Shown here piece after piece: positions 8,950-17,699 of a stretch of DNA of 64,000 bases. Numbering within the stretch: position 1 is the stretch's first letter; every line of letters starts with the position of its first letter. The stretch is from positions 3,885-67,884 of the IMG/VR virus record IMGVR_UViG_3300042301_001121. The stretch is one strand, 5' to 3'. A program made the translations under genes and the position numbers. A model generated the notes under the pieces. That model had not been told where the DNA came from. It made no database searches and saw nothing but the letters and a program-made list of their open reading frames with translations. The DNA comes from a virus.

Positions 8950-9472
8950 TTTACTTTATGATATGATATTAATGGAGGCTGATAAGATTAGCTTCTATAA
9001 ACAAAAAGACCTGGAGCTATTCTACAAGGATAAGTATGGTAACATAGTTCCATTGGCGCACCCTTACGATGATAACGTACAGGAAGTACTTAAACAACTT
9101 CTTAAAAGAAAGCGTATGAGATACTTTCTTACCTTTGCCGAAGGATTAGATTTAATAAATGAGCTTAGCAAGTCAACTAATAGGCTACTTACCTTCTTCG
9201 CTCAGAACATGGGTTATGACAATAAGTTGAAGGAATGGTCTGTTAGAGATTTACATGGAGCTTTAGGTACAGACATGAAGTTCTTAATTAAGTCACTTAG
9301 AACGCTATGTGAGAAAGATATTATTAGATTTGTAGTCGTAAAAAATAAAAGAACATACATGGTTAATCCAGTTTACTTTTACAGGGGGTCTATAAAGAGT
9401 CTATTTATAACAACTCAAAAATATGAGAATGACTTTCCAAAGAGAGACTTCAAACTAAATATAATTAAATGA
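8942..9472 (+). CDS. RepL-like winged-HTH DNA-binding protein
   Basis: HTH-like segment followed by YMVNPVYFYRG. Confidence 0.55.
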   Translation: MSNLLYDMILMEADKISFYKQKDLELFYKDKYGNIVPLAHPYDDNVQEVLKQLLKRKRMRYFLTFAEGLDLINELSKSTNRLLTFFAQNMGYDNKLKEWSVRDLHGALGTDMKFLIKSLRTLCEKDIIRFVVVKNKRTYMVNPVYFYRGSIKSLFITTQKYENDFPKRDFKLNIIK

Positions 9473-11301
9473 ATGTAATTAAACACGCTAAGAATATCCA
9501 CGAGATAAAATTAGACGGACATAAAGCCAGGATAGCTATGCTATCAGATATACATTGGGATAATCCTAAATGTGATTGGGATTTATTAAAGAAACACTTA
9601 GACTATTGCGTATCAGAGAACATCCCTATTATGTTTAATGGGGATTTCTTTTGCCTAATGCAGGGTAAAGGAGATAGAAGAGGTAATAAGAGTGATATAC
9701 GCCCAGAGCATAATAACGCTAAGTACCTAGATAGCATCGTAGAAACAGCTGTTGAGTGGTTTAGTCCGTATGCTCATCTAATGACTGTTGTGGGATATGG
9801 TAATCATGAATGCTACCGACCAGATACAGAAGTTCTCACGTCTAACGGATGGAAAAACATAAAATATATTACTCTAGACGATGCAGTAGCTACATTTAAT
9901 GATAAATCTATTTACTTTGAAAAGCCTAATGCTTTAGTTTCTAAGCACGCTGATAAGCTAGTGCATATAGAAGGGTCATACACAAAACAAGTAGTATCTG
10001 GCAAGCATGCTGTTATGTATAACGATATGAAAAAAGTGAATGCAGAAGATATTACTGAAATGTGTGATGTTGATTTCCCTCATAAAAGGATATTCAATAA
10101 TGAGCTGGCTCTTTCTGATAATTCAATGATAGAGTTAATAACTTGTATAGTTATGGATGCTACTATTGTAGATCACTCTAAATACAATCCTACGCATACT
10201 AAAAAAAGAATACAATTCAAAATAAGTAAGCCAGAGAAGATAGAATATATAAAATCTGTTTTAGAAAGATGTAACATACCTTATACTTTTAAAGAGGCCA
10301 CTAAGAGTAAGTTAAACAAGTTACAACCTTATTACATTAGAATATACGGAGATTACGCTAGGGATTTATATAAAGAATTAGAGGGGGTAAAAGAGCTTCC
10401 TATTTGGTTCTCTAATATACATGAAGAAAATTTCAAATCTTTTTTACATGCTTTAGAAAGAACCGATGGACATAAAGCTAATTCTAATACAATAGAGTGG
10501 AATACTACTAATAAATCTGATGTAAATGTTGTTCAAATGATGTGCGTATTGAACGGATGGAACTGTACATTTAAAGAAAAGATAAATGCATCTGGATTTG
10601 ATAACGCTAAACTTCAATACCATGTTAGAATTTCTGAGGGTATAGTTAAGAACAAAAAAGCAAAAATTCATCACGAAGAATATAGTGGTGAAGTATTTTG
10701 TTTGAATATGCCTTCTGGATGTTTTGTAACTAGAATTGACGGTAAAGTTGCTTTTTCTGGAAATACAGCAATTATTAAGTGGCAGGAGACTGATGTATTA
10801 CAGAGATTTGTTGACTTACTAAACTATAAGAATAATACTAATGTTTATACAGGAGGATATGGTGGATGGCTTGTTGCTAGATCAACACTTCATGGTACGT
10901 CAAGGTCTTGTATAAAGATTAAATATTTCCATGGATCTGGTGGTGGAGGTGTAGTAACCAAAGGCGCATTGAACCTTACCAGGGCATTAGAGATGTATGA
11001 AGGATTCGATGTATTTACTATGGGCCATATACATGAGAACAGCTGTCGTAATGATGTGAGAGATACTATTGACCATAGTTCTAAAATTGGATATAGAAAT
11101 GTATTGAAGGATATTCACCTTATGCTTACTGGAACATATAAGGAAGAGTATCAGGATGGTAGTAAGGGGTGGCATGTGGAGAGAGGTGCGCCACCTAAAC
11201 CTGTAGGAGGTAGAATACTTACCATTGACTATAAGCATATAAAAGTAGATGGAGATAAAAAAGTACTTAAACAAGTTGACAGTCATAAATTTCCGCTATG
11301 A
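9469..11301 (+). CDS. calcineurin-like metallophosphoesterase containing an intein
   Basis: SDIH, NGDFF, GNHE, FHG and MGHIH motifs; interrupted directly after GNHE. Confidence 0.9.
   Translation: MNVIKHAKNIHEIKLDGHKARIAMLSDIHWDNPKCDWDLLKKHLDYCVSENIPIMFNGDFFCLMQGKGDRRGNKSDIRPEHNNAKYLDSIVETAVEWFSPYAHLMTVVGYGNHECYRPDTEVLTSNGWKNIKYITLDDAVATFNDKSIYFEKPNALVSKHADKLVHIEGSYTKQVVSGKHAVMYNDMKKVNAEDITEMCDVDFPHKRIFNNELALSDNSMIELITCIVMDATIVDHSKYNPTHTKKRIQFKISKPEKIEYIKSVLERCNIPYTFKEATKSKLNKLQPYYIRIYGDYARDLYKELEGVKELPIWFSNIHEENFKSFLHALERTDGHKANSNTIEWNTTNKSDVNVVQMMCVLNGWNCTFKEKINASGFDNAKLQYHVRISEGIVKNKKAKIHHEEYSGEVFCLNMPSGCFVTRIDGKVAFSGNTAIIKWQETDVLQRFVDLLNYKNNTNVYTGGYGGWLVARSTLHGTSRSCIKIKYFHGSGGGGVVTKGALNLTRALEMYEGFDVFTMGHIHENSCRNDVRDTIDHSSKIGYRNVLKDIHLMLTGTYKEEYQDGSKGWHVERGAPPKPVGGRILTIDYKHIKVDGDKKVLKQVDSHKFPL
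9811..10764 (+). mobile_element. intein (318 aa) with LAGLIDADG-type homing endonuclease region
   Basis: N-term CYRPDTEVLTSNGWK; C-term VFCLNMPSGCFVTRIDGKVAFSGN followed by Thr; blocks LITCIVMDA and FLHALERTDG. Confidence 0.9.
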
Positions 11302-11474
11302 GAATAAATGCTCAGATAGAAGAGATGTGTGGCGTAGTAGAGATGTTCCTATTCGTGAAGAAGCAGGTTACTGTTAGAATTGTGTTTGACGATAAGGATA
11401 AGGAGGAACATCATATACAACTGTTACACCAGGCGTATGATGTAGCTGTAAACTTTTTCACATTTGGTAGATAA
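11298..11474 (+). CDS. hypothetical protein (58 aa, below cutoff)
   Basis: Manual translation MRINAQIEEMCGVVEMFLFV...FFTFGR*; ATGA overlap. Confidence 0.6.
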   Translation: MRINAQIEEMCGVVEMFLFVKKQVTVRIVFDDKDKEEHHIQLLHQAYDVAVNFFTFGR

Positions 11475-11494
11475 TTTCATTTAAAATATTTTTA

Positions 11495-11502
11495 TATCTT
11501 TG
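11495..11502 (+). promoter_or_regulatory. -7 promoter box TATCTTTG
   Basis: TAnnTTTG in intergenic DNA. Confidence 0.6.
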
Positions 11503-11516
11503 ACAAAAAATTGATT

Positions 11517-11690
11517 ATGAAAGAGAAATATTGGGCATCTAATCCGAAAAAGAATGGAAGCTACGTTGACAAAGGAAGAGTAGAGGGGAGACCTGCTGCT
11601 GCTCCTACGTTGAAAGATGAAGCTCCTACATCAAAGGTAGCTTTCAAATTAATGTACAAGAATACTAAAGATAAAAAATACTGCGACTAA
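11517..11690 (+). CDS. small basic protein (57 aa, below cutoff)
   Basis: Manual translation MKEKYWASNPKKNGSYVDKGRVEG...KKYCD*. Confidence 0.6.
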   Translation: MKEKYWASNPKKNGSYVDKGRVEGRPAAAPTLKDEAPTSKVAFKLMYKNTKDKKYCD

Positions 11691-11705
11691 TTAAAAATAA
11701 ATACA

Positions 11706-12116
11706 ATGGCAAATTTAAAAAAACTTATTGGTAATGCTTTAAGCAAAGCTAATAGCTCTAAGCCATCTAATGATGGACCTGCATCTACTAAAACAAAAAA
11801 ACCTGCCCCTATTCAAGCTGCTGTAGATGAAAGAAATAAAAAACAAGCTTTATGGAATAAAGAATACAAAAGACAAAAATCAGACGCTAATTATGGAAAC
11901 AAAGATTTTGGTAAAAAAGATTTTGTAGGATATAGTTATAATCCAAGTAAATATGAACGTCCTACCGCAAGTGATAGAACTGTTTACAGCCCAGCCTATA
12001 AAGAAGAAAGAGCTAAAGAAATAAAAAGAGTTACATCTCCAGGTGGAATTGAAAAAGAAATAAAAAGCGGTAAACAGACTTTAAAGCAAAAAACAAAGTT
12101 TAACAGAATTAATTAA
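11706..12116 (+). CDS. Lys-rich basic hypothetical protein
   Basis: 136 aa, low complexity. Confidence 0.7.
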   Translation: MANLKKLIGNALSKANSSKPSNDGPASTKTKKPAPIQAAVDERNKKQALWNKEYKRQKSDANYGNKDFGKKDFVGYSYNPSKYERPTASDRTVYSPAYKEERAKEIKRVTSPGGIEKEIKSGKQTLKQKTKFNRIN

Positions 12117-12120
12117 TCTA

Positions 12121-12267
12121 ATGAAAAGAAATGCACTTAAAAAAGCTATGATGTCAGAATACATGGGATCTGAAGCTGAAGAAAAGTACTCTTCTAAAAA
12201 AGACAAAATGAAACACGAGAAAGGTGAGTCTAAGAAAGAAGAAAAAAAAAGAAAAGTTTATGTCTAA
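12121..12267 (+). CDS. small charged protein (48 aa, possibly frameshifted at an A9 run)
   Basis: Manual translation MKRNALKKAMMSEYMGSEAEEKYSSKKDKMKHEKGESKKEEKKRKVYV*. Confidence 0.55.
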   Translation: MKRNALKKAMMSEYMGSEAEEKYSSKKDKMKHEKGESKKEEKKRKVYV

Positions 12268-12285
12268 ATTTAAAAAGAAAAAATC

Positions 12286-12681
12286 ATGAGACAAGTTAAA
12301 TTGCAAAACAAATTAACAAAAGTTACTAGGCCTGCTACTAATGATGAAGCTGCTAGATTTGGTATGAAAAAAAGTCAAGATTATAAAGACCGCCCTAAGA
12401 CAATGGCTACTAAACCTATGTCTCAAGTGCCAGGAAAAGATCTTCCTTCTAAATTAAATGCTGCTGTTGAGAAAGCTAAATCATACGGTAGAAATGTATC
12501 TAGCGTTTCAAAAGAATTTGATGGTAAAGAAGTTCAAGGAAAACGTATTGAATCTAGAGGAGGTAAAAAAGTAAAAGAAGTTTATAGCATGCCTGGAGGA
12601 GGAAAACGTGTAGAGAAAGAGAGATACAATCAAGCTGGGAATATTGTATCAAGAAAAATAAAAGACACAAAAATAAACTAA
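12286..12681 (+). CDS. Lys/Arg-rich basic hypothetical protein
   Basis: 131 aa. Confidence 0.7.
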   Translation: MRQVKLQNKLTKVTRPATNDEAARFGMKKSQDYKDRPKTMATKPMSQVPGKDLPSKLNAAVEKAKSYGRNVSSVSKEFDGKEVQGKRIESRGGKKVKEVYSMPGGGKRVEKERYNQAGNIVSRKIKDTKIN

Positions 12682-12845
12682 TGCTTAACAAAACGTCAGG
12701 CATAGATCCTAAGTTAGTTCAGAAGGCTTACGAGAAGGTTAAGTGGATGAAGAAGAATAAGAAGAAATCTGATACAGGTTACTACACTTCTGATGACATA
12801 GCCGCTAAGCAATCTGAAGCTACTACAAGAGATAAGGGATATTAA
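12681..12845 (+). CDS. small basic protein (54 aa, below cutoff)
   Basis: Manual translation MLNKTSGIDPKLVQKAYEKVKWMKK...DKGY*; TAATG overlap. Confidence 0.55.
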   Translation: MLNKTSGIDPKLVQKAYEKVKWMKKNKKKSDTGYYTSDDIAAKQSEATTRDKGY

Positions 12846-12880
12846 TACGCCCCCTTATGATGAGATAGTCATAAGTCTAA

Positions 12881-12909
12881 GCCCACTAAAGAATGTGGGC
12901 TTTTCTTTT
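12881..12909 (+). terminator. intrinsic terminator
   Basis: GCCCAC-8nt-GTGGGC followed by TTTTCTTTT. Confidence 0.7.
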
Positions 12910-12937
12910 GTCGCAAATATTTACTAAATTTGCGACA
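12909..12937 (+). promoter_or_regulatory. terminase promoter (TAAATTTG, 12925-12932) within a perfect 10-bp inverted repeat
   Basis: TGTCGCAAAT-9nt-ATTTGCGACA; ATG 4 nt after the box. Confidence 0.6.
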
Positions 12938-14991
12938 TGAGTAAAAGAAATAAAGAGGTACTCGAAATTCGCACAGAAGAATGGAAACCTTCACATGCTG
13001 AATTTGATTATCCACAATCATTTGTTAATTGGATAGATTCAATTAATAGCGGATGGCAGAATAAGATTTATCACGAGCCATTTGAAATCTACTGTAGGCA
13101 AGCAGACCTATGGCTTCAAGATTATTCCGACATACTAGATTACGACACAGAAGATGACCAGATAGAGTGGCTTCTACGAGAGATACAACGATGTAAGGAT
13201 AACACCTTATACTTCTGTAATAAGTACGGATATATCAAAGAAGATAGGGCTGAGAATGGTATGCTTTCATATCAAGCCTGGGATGCTCAGAAAGTATTAC
13301 TATTCTTATTCGACTGTGGTTATTCTCTTATGATTGGTAAGGCCCGACAGATTGGTTTTACTACTACCATGTGTCTAGCAGGAATGAAACGTGTAAACTT
13401 CAATAAATCATACTTCATTAAGTTTGTTACTCACTCTAAAGATAAGGGTGTGGAGATATTTAGGGATAAGGTTAAGTGGACATACACTAAACTACCTGAT
13501 GTAATAGCTCAAGAGGTTAAGAACTGGACTGACCAGGTGATGTCATTCGATAAGAAAGGAGACAAGAAAGGTAGAGAAGATGGTGGTGCATCACGTTTCC
13601 AGGTAGATACTCCAGCTGTAGATGCTATCAATGGTGGTTCTCCATCAGCTGTATTCATTGATGAGATTGGTTTATTTGAGATATTTGGTGAGATGATGCG
13701 TGAGGGTAGGCCTGCCTTATTTAAGTATAACCCAGACTCTGGTAAGATGACTATGCAGCAACAGTTCCTAGCATGGGGTACAGGTGGAGAGATGGATAGA
13801 GGGGGTTCTGTATTCGAGTCTGAATTTAAGATGTGTCTAAAACAATGGAAAGAGAAAAACTATGAATATGGTATTATACCTCTATTCTTTAATGCTTACG
13901 CAAGGCGAGGTGTTAATGATGCTCACATTAATAATGAGAGAAAGGCTTATTTGGCACTAGAAGGAACGAAGAAAGGGGAGATTGCTAAGGTTCAGTTCCA
14001 TCAGCATTATCCTATCACTATTGATGACATGTTCTTACGTAAATCACGTACTTTAGTACCTATTCATACCTGTAATCAGCGTTTAAATGAGATTTATGGA
14101 CATGATAAACCACTAGACTATGGTTATTTTGAGCCTATAATGGATATGACACGCCCTACGCCAGATTTGATTACTGAATATAAGATTGTAGGAGCTAAAT
14201 GGGTGTCTACAGGGTCTAGGGAAGATGTATCTACCTCAGCTGTAGTGATTCATCATCCAGAGCCAGGGGAGAAATGGAAGAATAGGTGGTATCAAGGTAC
14301 TGACCCCATCAACTCAGAGACAGGACACTCCATGATGTGTAGTGCTATATGGGATTCGCTTACTAACTCTGTGTCATCTGTGGTATTCCATAGGGATAGA
14401 AAGTTCAAACAGACGTATCTACAGGTGTTATTACAGAGTTTATACTACGATCAGATAGCAAGAGGTGGTGTTAAGGAGCTTGTGGAGAATAACATCGGAG
14501 ATATGCATGTGGATTTCCAGGAAATACATGGATTTAAGAGTAAGTTTACTGCTAACGCACAGTTGCCAGAGTATTTTCAGATGCATGGAGGTAAATGGTT
14601 TGGTATATCGAATAAGGCTAACACAGCACCACGTATTATAGCTAAGTTAGAGGAGCTTTTAGAGGCGTATATGTACAATATTGATATACCATGGTTCTGG
14701 GAGCAGCTAAAGACGTTTGTAGAGAAAGATTTAAAGAGTCAGAATAGTCATAGACAGACAAGGTATCAGGCAGCTGACCCTAGGTATGATTATGATGACA
14801 GCATCTTCGCTATAACATTTGCTTATATCAATAGTATAGCTCACGCTAGGTATGAGCCAGAGAATGTAAAAACTGAAGGTGGAGTAGCTAATGTAGAAAT
14901 ACGTTATATTCAGAATAAAGAGACGAATTATAGAATGAAGAAAGCAAGAGTTGATAAATCAACAGGAAAGGTATTAAAAATATTAGATTAA
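12937..14991 (+). CDS. terL: terminase large subunit
   Basis: Walker A GKARQIGFTT, Walker B VFIDEIG, coupling motif GTGG, nuclease GTDP and YDDSIFA. Confidence 0.9.
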   Translation: MSKRNKEVLEIRTEEWKPSHAEFDYPQSFVNWIDSINSGWQNKIYHEPFEIYCRQADLWLQDYSDILDYDTEDDQIEWLLREIQRCKDNTLYFCNKYGYIKEDRAENGMLSYQAWDAQKVLLFLFDCGYSLMIGKARQIGFTTTMCLAGMKRVNFNKSYFIKFVTHSKDKGVEIFRDKVKWTYTKLPDVIAQEVKNWTDQVMSFDKKGDKKGREDGGASRFQVDTPAVDAINGGSPSAVFIDEIGLFEIFGEMMREGRPALFKYNPDSGKMTMQQQFLAWGTGGEMDRGGSVFESEFKMCLKQWKEKNYEYGIIPLFFNAYARRGVNDAHINNERKAYLALEGTKKGEIAKVQFHQHYPITIDDMFLRKSRTLVPIHTCNQRLNEIYGHDKPLDYGYFEPIMDMTRPTPDLITEYKIVGAKWVSTGSREDVSTSAVVIHHPEPGEKWKNRWYQGTDPINSETGHSMMCSAIWDSLTNSVSSVVFHRDRKFKQTYLQVLLQSLYYDQIARGGVKELVENNIGDMHVDFQEIHGFKSKFTANAQLPEYFQMHGGKWFGISNKANTAPRIIAKLEELLEAYMYNIDIPWFWEQLKTFVEKDLKSQNSHRQTRYQAADPRYDYDDSIFAITFAYINSIAHARYEPENVKTEGGVANVEIRYIQNKETNYRMKKARVDKSTGKVLKILD

Positions 14992-15023
14992 AATTTATAG
15001 TATATTTGTAAAAAAAAAATAAG

Positions 15024-15314
15024 ATGCCGTATATTCAAAAATCTTACATCCGACAGTTTGGCAATAAGCAAAACTTTATGGAGACTAATATTGTAGAGGA
15101 TTTACAATATTTAATAAATGAGTCTAACTCAGGTAATGGTAATCAACAAGTTCTTGGTGCTTCTATATGGGCTAATGGCTTTAGAGTAGTAGGTTGTATC
15201 GGAGATGATATTACTTTACCAAATAACGCTAACTTTGAATTTACAGGTCCTTTGTCAATGTGTGCAGGTTCAACATTGACTATTCCTGTTGGAACAACTT
15301 TAACAATTGTGTAA
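15024..15314 (+). CDS. hypothetical, probably virion/fibre-associated protein
   Basis: Own TATATTTG box at 15001-15008; beta-rich C-terminus. Confidence 0.55.
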   Translation: MPYIQKSYIRQFGNKQNFMETNIVEDLQYLINESNSGNGNQQVLGASIWANGFRVVGCIGDDITLPNNANFEFTGPLSMCAGSTLTIPVGTTLTIV

Positions 15315-15334
15315 TTAATTAAAAATAAAATAAG

Positions 15335-16156
15335 ATGAGTCAATTAGATGTAAATGTAATAGCGCCTTTAGATTATGCAGGCCCTAATCTAGTAGGAGAT
15401 AATGATAATGTTCAAATTATCAATTCAATTGGAGATACTGTATTTAAGTATGAAACCGCAGCTGGACATGTAAAAATAGGATCTGGAATTACTAGTAGTT
15501 CCTCAATTACAGGTAGTGTTTCTATTGGTAATGAATCTATGAGTAGCTGCGGATTTAATACAAATGGTCCTGCTGTAGCTATAGGTCCAGAATCTTTAAA
15601 AAATGGAGTATCATCTGGAAGTAACATAGCCATAGGATGGAGATCATTATTAAATGCAGATGGAGCTACAGGAATAAACAATCAAGCTATCGGTGTTTTT
15701 TCTGGCTCAAACTTGACAACTGGAGGAAACAACATTATTATCGGACATAATGCTCAAGCATCCACACCGACCACATCAAACTCTATAACCTTAGGAAATA
15801 CTTCACATACAGTACTTCGTTGTAATGTAACATCAATTACCTCTCTTTCTGATGCTAGAGACAAAAAAGAAGTTGAAGAACTACCTGTAGGTCTTAATTT
15901 CGTAAAAGGATTAAAGCCAGTTTCTTTTGTTTGGAACGATAGAGACAATGAAGATAAAAGAGATATTAAAGATTTTGGGTTTATCGCTCAAGATTTGAAA
16001 AAGTCTCAAGAGGATGCTGAATTAGCTGAAACATTAAAATTAGTTTACGAAGAGAATCCAGAGAAACTAGAAGCTTCTTATGGTAAATTGATTCCTATAT
16101 TAGTTAAAGCAATTCAAGAGCTTACAGCAAAAGTTGAAGCGTTAGAAGCTGAGTAA
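15335..16156 (+). CDS. tail fibre/spike protein with C-terminal peptidase S74 intramolecular chaperone
   Basis: N/V-x-AIG beta-repeats, then SDARDKK, LKPVSFVW, GFIAQD, LIPILVKAIQEL. Confidence 0.85.
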   Translation: MSQLDVNVIAPLDYAGPNLVGDNDNVQIINSIGDTVFKYETAAGHVKIGSGITSSSSITGSVSIGNESMSSCGFNTNGPAVAIGPESLKNGVSSGSNIAIGWRSLLNADGATGINNQAIGVFSGSNLTTGGNNIIIGHNAQASTPTTSNSITLGNTSHTVLRCNVTSITSLSDARDKKEVEELPVGLNFVKGLKPVSFVWNDRDNEDKRDIKDFGFIAQDLKKSQEDAELAETLKLVYEENPEKLEASYGKLIPILVKAIQELTAKVEALEAE

Positions 16157-16507
16157 CTAAATATCTAATCTTATTTGATTATTCTTAACTAGGGTTTTAT
16201 CGAACCCTAGTTTTTTATTTTCCCAAACTTTACCATACTTGTTATTAGCTACCTCAGTATATTGCTCTAGTATATCCTCAAAATATTTCTTCTCTCTCTT
16301 ATTCATTATTTTATAAGATAAATATTTATACCTAGGAGTATCTTTAAACATTGGATTCTTTGAGTTGTACCAATAGATATGATATTCTGTCTTATGTCTA
16401 TCGTAATCAAATCTAGGCTTAACAAATGACTTTGTTATAAAGTGTGGTGTCTCGTTTTTTATTACTTGACTGAGTTTATTACTCGAATAAGCTGAAGTTG
16501 TACTCAT
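16157..16507 (-). CDS. hypothetical protein
   Basis: 116 aa, converges on the fibre gene. Confidence 0.6.
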   Translation of the reverse strand: MSTTSAYSSNKLSQVIKNETPHFITKSFVKPRFDYDRHKTEYHIYWYNSKNPMFKDTPRYKYLSYKIMNKREKKYFEDILEQYTEVANNKYGKVWENKKLGFDKTLVKNNQIRLDI

Positions 16508-17228
16508 CTACTCTACTATTTAATATTAGAGAAGATTCAGCATCTAAAAACTTAGTTTCTATTATCTCATAAGAATCATTCTCTTCGTTAATCCAGCAAA
16601 GATATGATTTTCCAATTTTTAAATTGGTGTTTTTCTCAATTATTTTTTTGTAGATACTCAATTGTAATGAGTAAGTGTTAAATTCACACTCTTGAAGATG
16701 ATTCAATCCGTTAATCATTTTATACTTACTTGTGGTCTTAATCTCCTTATTTGTTTTGTAATCCCATATCTGAAGTTCATCCTCAATAGTATTATAAAAC
16801 AGTTTGTCAAGCATTCCGCATACACCCCAGGTATCATCTCCTACGACAAGCTCTGCTCTTACTAAAGCTAATATATCCTTGTACTGAGCATGAAACTGCT
16901 GTAACATTTTGTATAGCTTATTTGTTACAATAGAATCTGGTTTATATCCTTTACTTTGAAACATTAGCTCAGCACATTTATGAAGCTCTGTACCTCTCAC
17001 TTGAGATGTTATCCTTTTCTCATCCCATTCAGCTATAACATCATCTTTAGTTCTACCATCACGTTTAGCTACTAGGCTAGACATTATATCCGTTTCAAAC
17101 TTTTTCTTATATCGGCCTATAAGTTCTGTTGTAGATATACATCTTTTAAAGTTAAGGTAATACGAATGGTCCTCTTCATTAAAAACCACGTTGTTGAACT
17201 TGTTAAGCTCAGTTACTAATTGATACAT
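16479..17228 (-). CDS. PD-(D/E)xK exonuclease
   Basis: FNEEDHSY, RGTELH, AEL, CGMLD, IWDYKT, YSLQLSIY. Confidence 0.85.
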   Translation of the reverse strand: MYQLVTELNKFNNVVFNEEDHSYYLNFKRCISTTELIGRYKKKFETDIMSSLVAKRDGRTKDDVIAEWDEKRITSQVRGTELHKCAELMFQSKGYKPDSIVTNKLYKMLQQFHAQYKDILALVRAELVVGDDTWGVCGMLDKLFYNTIEDELQIWDYKTNKEIKTTSKYKMINGLNHLQECEFNTYSLQLSIYKKIIEKNTNLKIGKSYLCWINEENDSYEIIETKFLDAESSLILNSRVDEYNFSLFE

Positions 17229-17239
17229 ATAAAATTTTT

Positions 17240-17313
17240 TGCTCCAAGACAGAGAATCGAACTCTGTGTTCTCCGACTTAAAAGGTCGGGCTTTACCACT
17301 AAGCTACTTGGCC
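17240..17313 (-). tRNA. tRNA-Lys(UUU)-like gene with atypical acceptor stem, possibly pseudo-tRNA
   Basis: D-arm TAGCTTAGTGGTAAAGC; anticodon arm CCGAC-CTTTTAA-GTCGG; T-arm ACAGAG-TTCGATT-CTCTGT; acceptor pairs only CCAAG/CTTGG; no CCA. Confidence 0.7.
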
Positions 17314-17525
17314 ATCAGGACACGCTTAACCTGCTGAGCTGCTAGCATTACACTCTTCAATGTTTCCATCAGCGTTTTTAAACTCAAAAATGCAACTTTT
17401 CTCTTGACCCGTAAGAGTTGCCAACTTCGCCTGACATACGATCCAGGAGCGACTGGTGCGGCCTGCAAGAAACCCTACACGTTATAACCGCTCGCTGAGC
17501 TACGATCCCTTGTACTTCGGGAACA
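17314..17525 (-). ncRNA. candidate structured RNA upstream of the tRNA
   Basis: Non-coding, more GC-rich than its surroundings, nested short inverted repeats; downstream of TAACTTTG box at 17644-17651 (-). Confidence 0.35.
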
Positions 17526-17699
17526 ATATTTAAAATCAAAGAACTCTAGTCAAAAAAAGAGAGCTACTAACCTTCACTCTCTTTTCCAAAAATAATGAAA
17601 AACTCACTTTACGGAAACAGTTAAAAACCGTAATTGAATGAAGCAAAGTTATAAAACAATTTCTAACCAAAAAATATTTTAACACTTTTTTAGATTTAA

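Noticed and set aside
17314-17525. tmRNA, group I intron or hammerhead ribozyme
   Set aside because: No matching acceptor ends, tag ORF or catalytic-core consensus could be identified.
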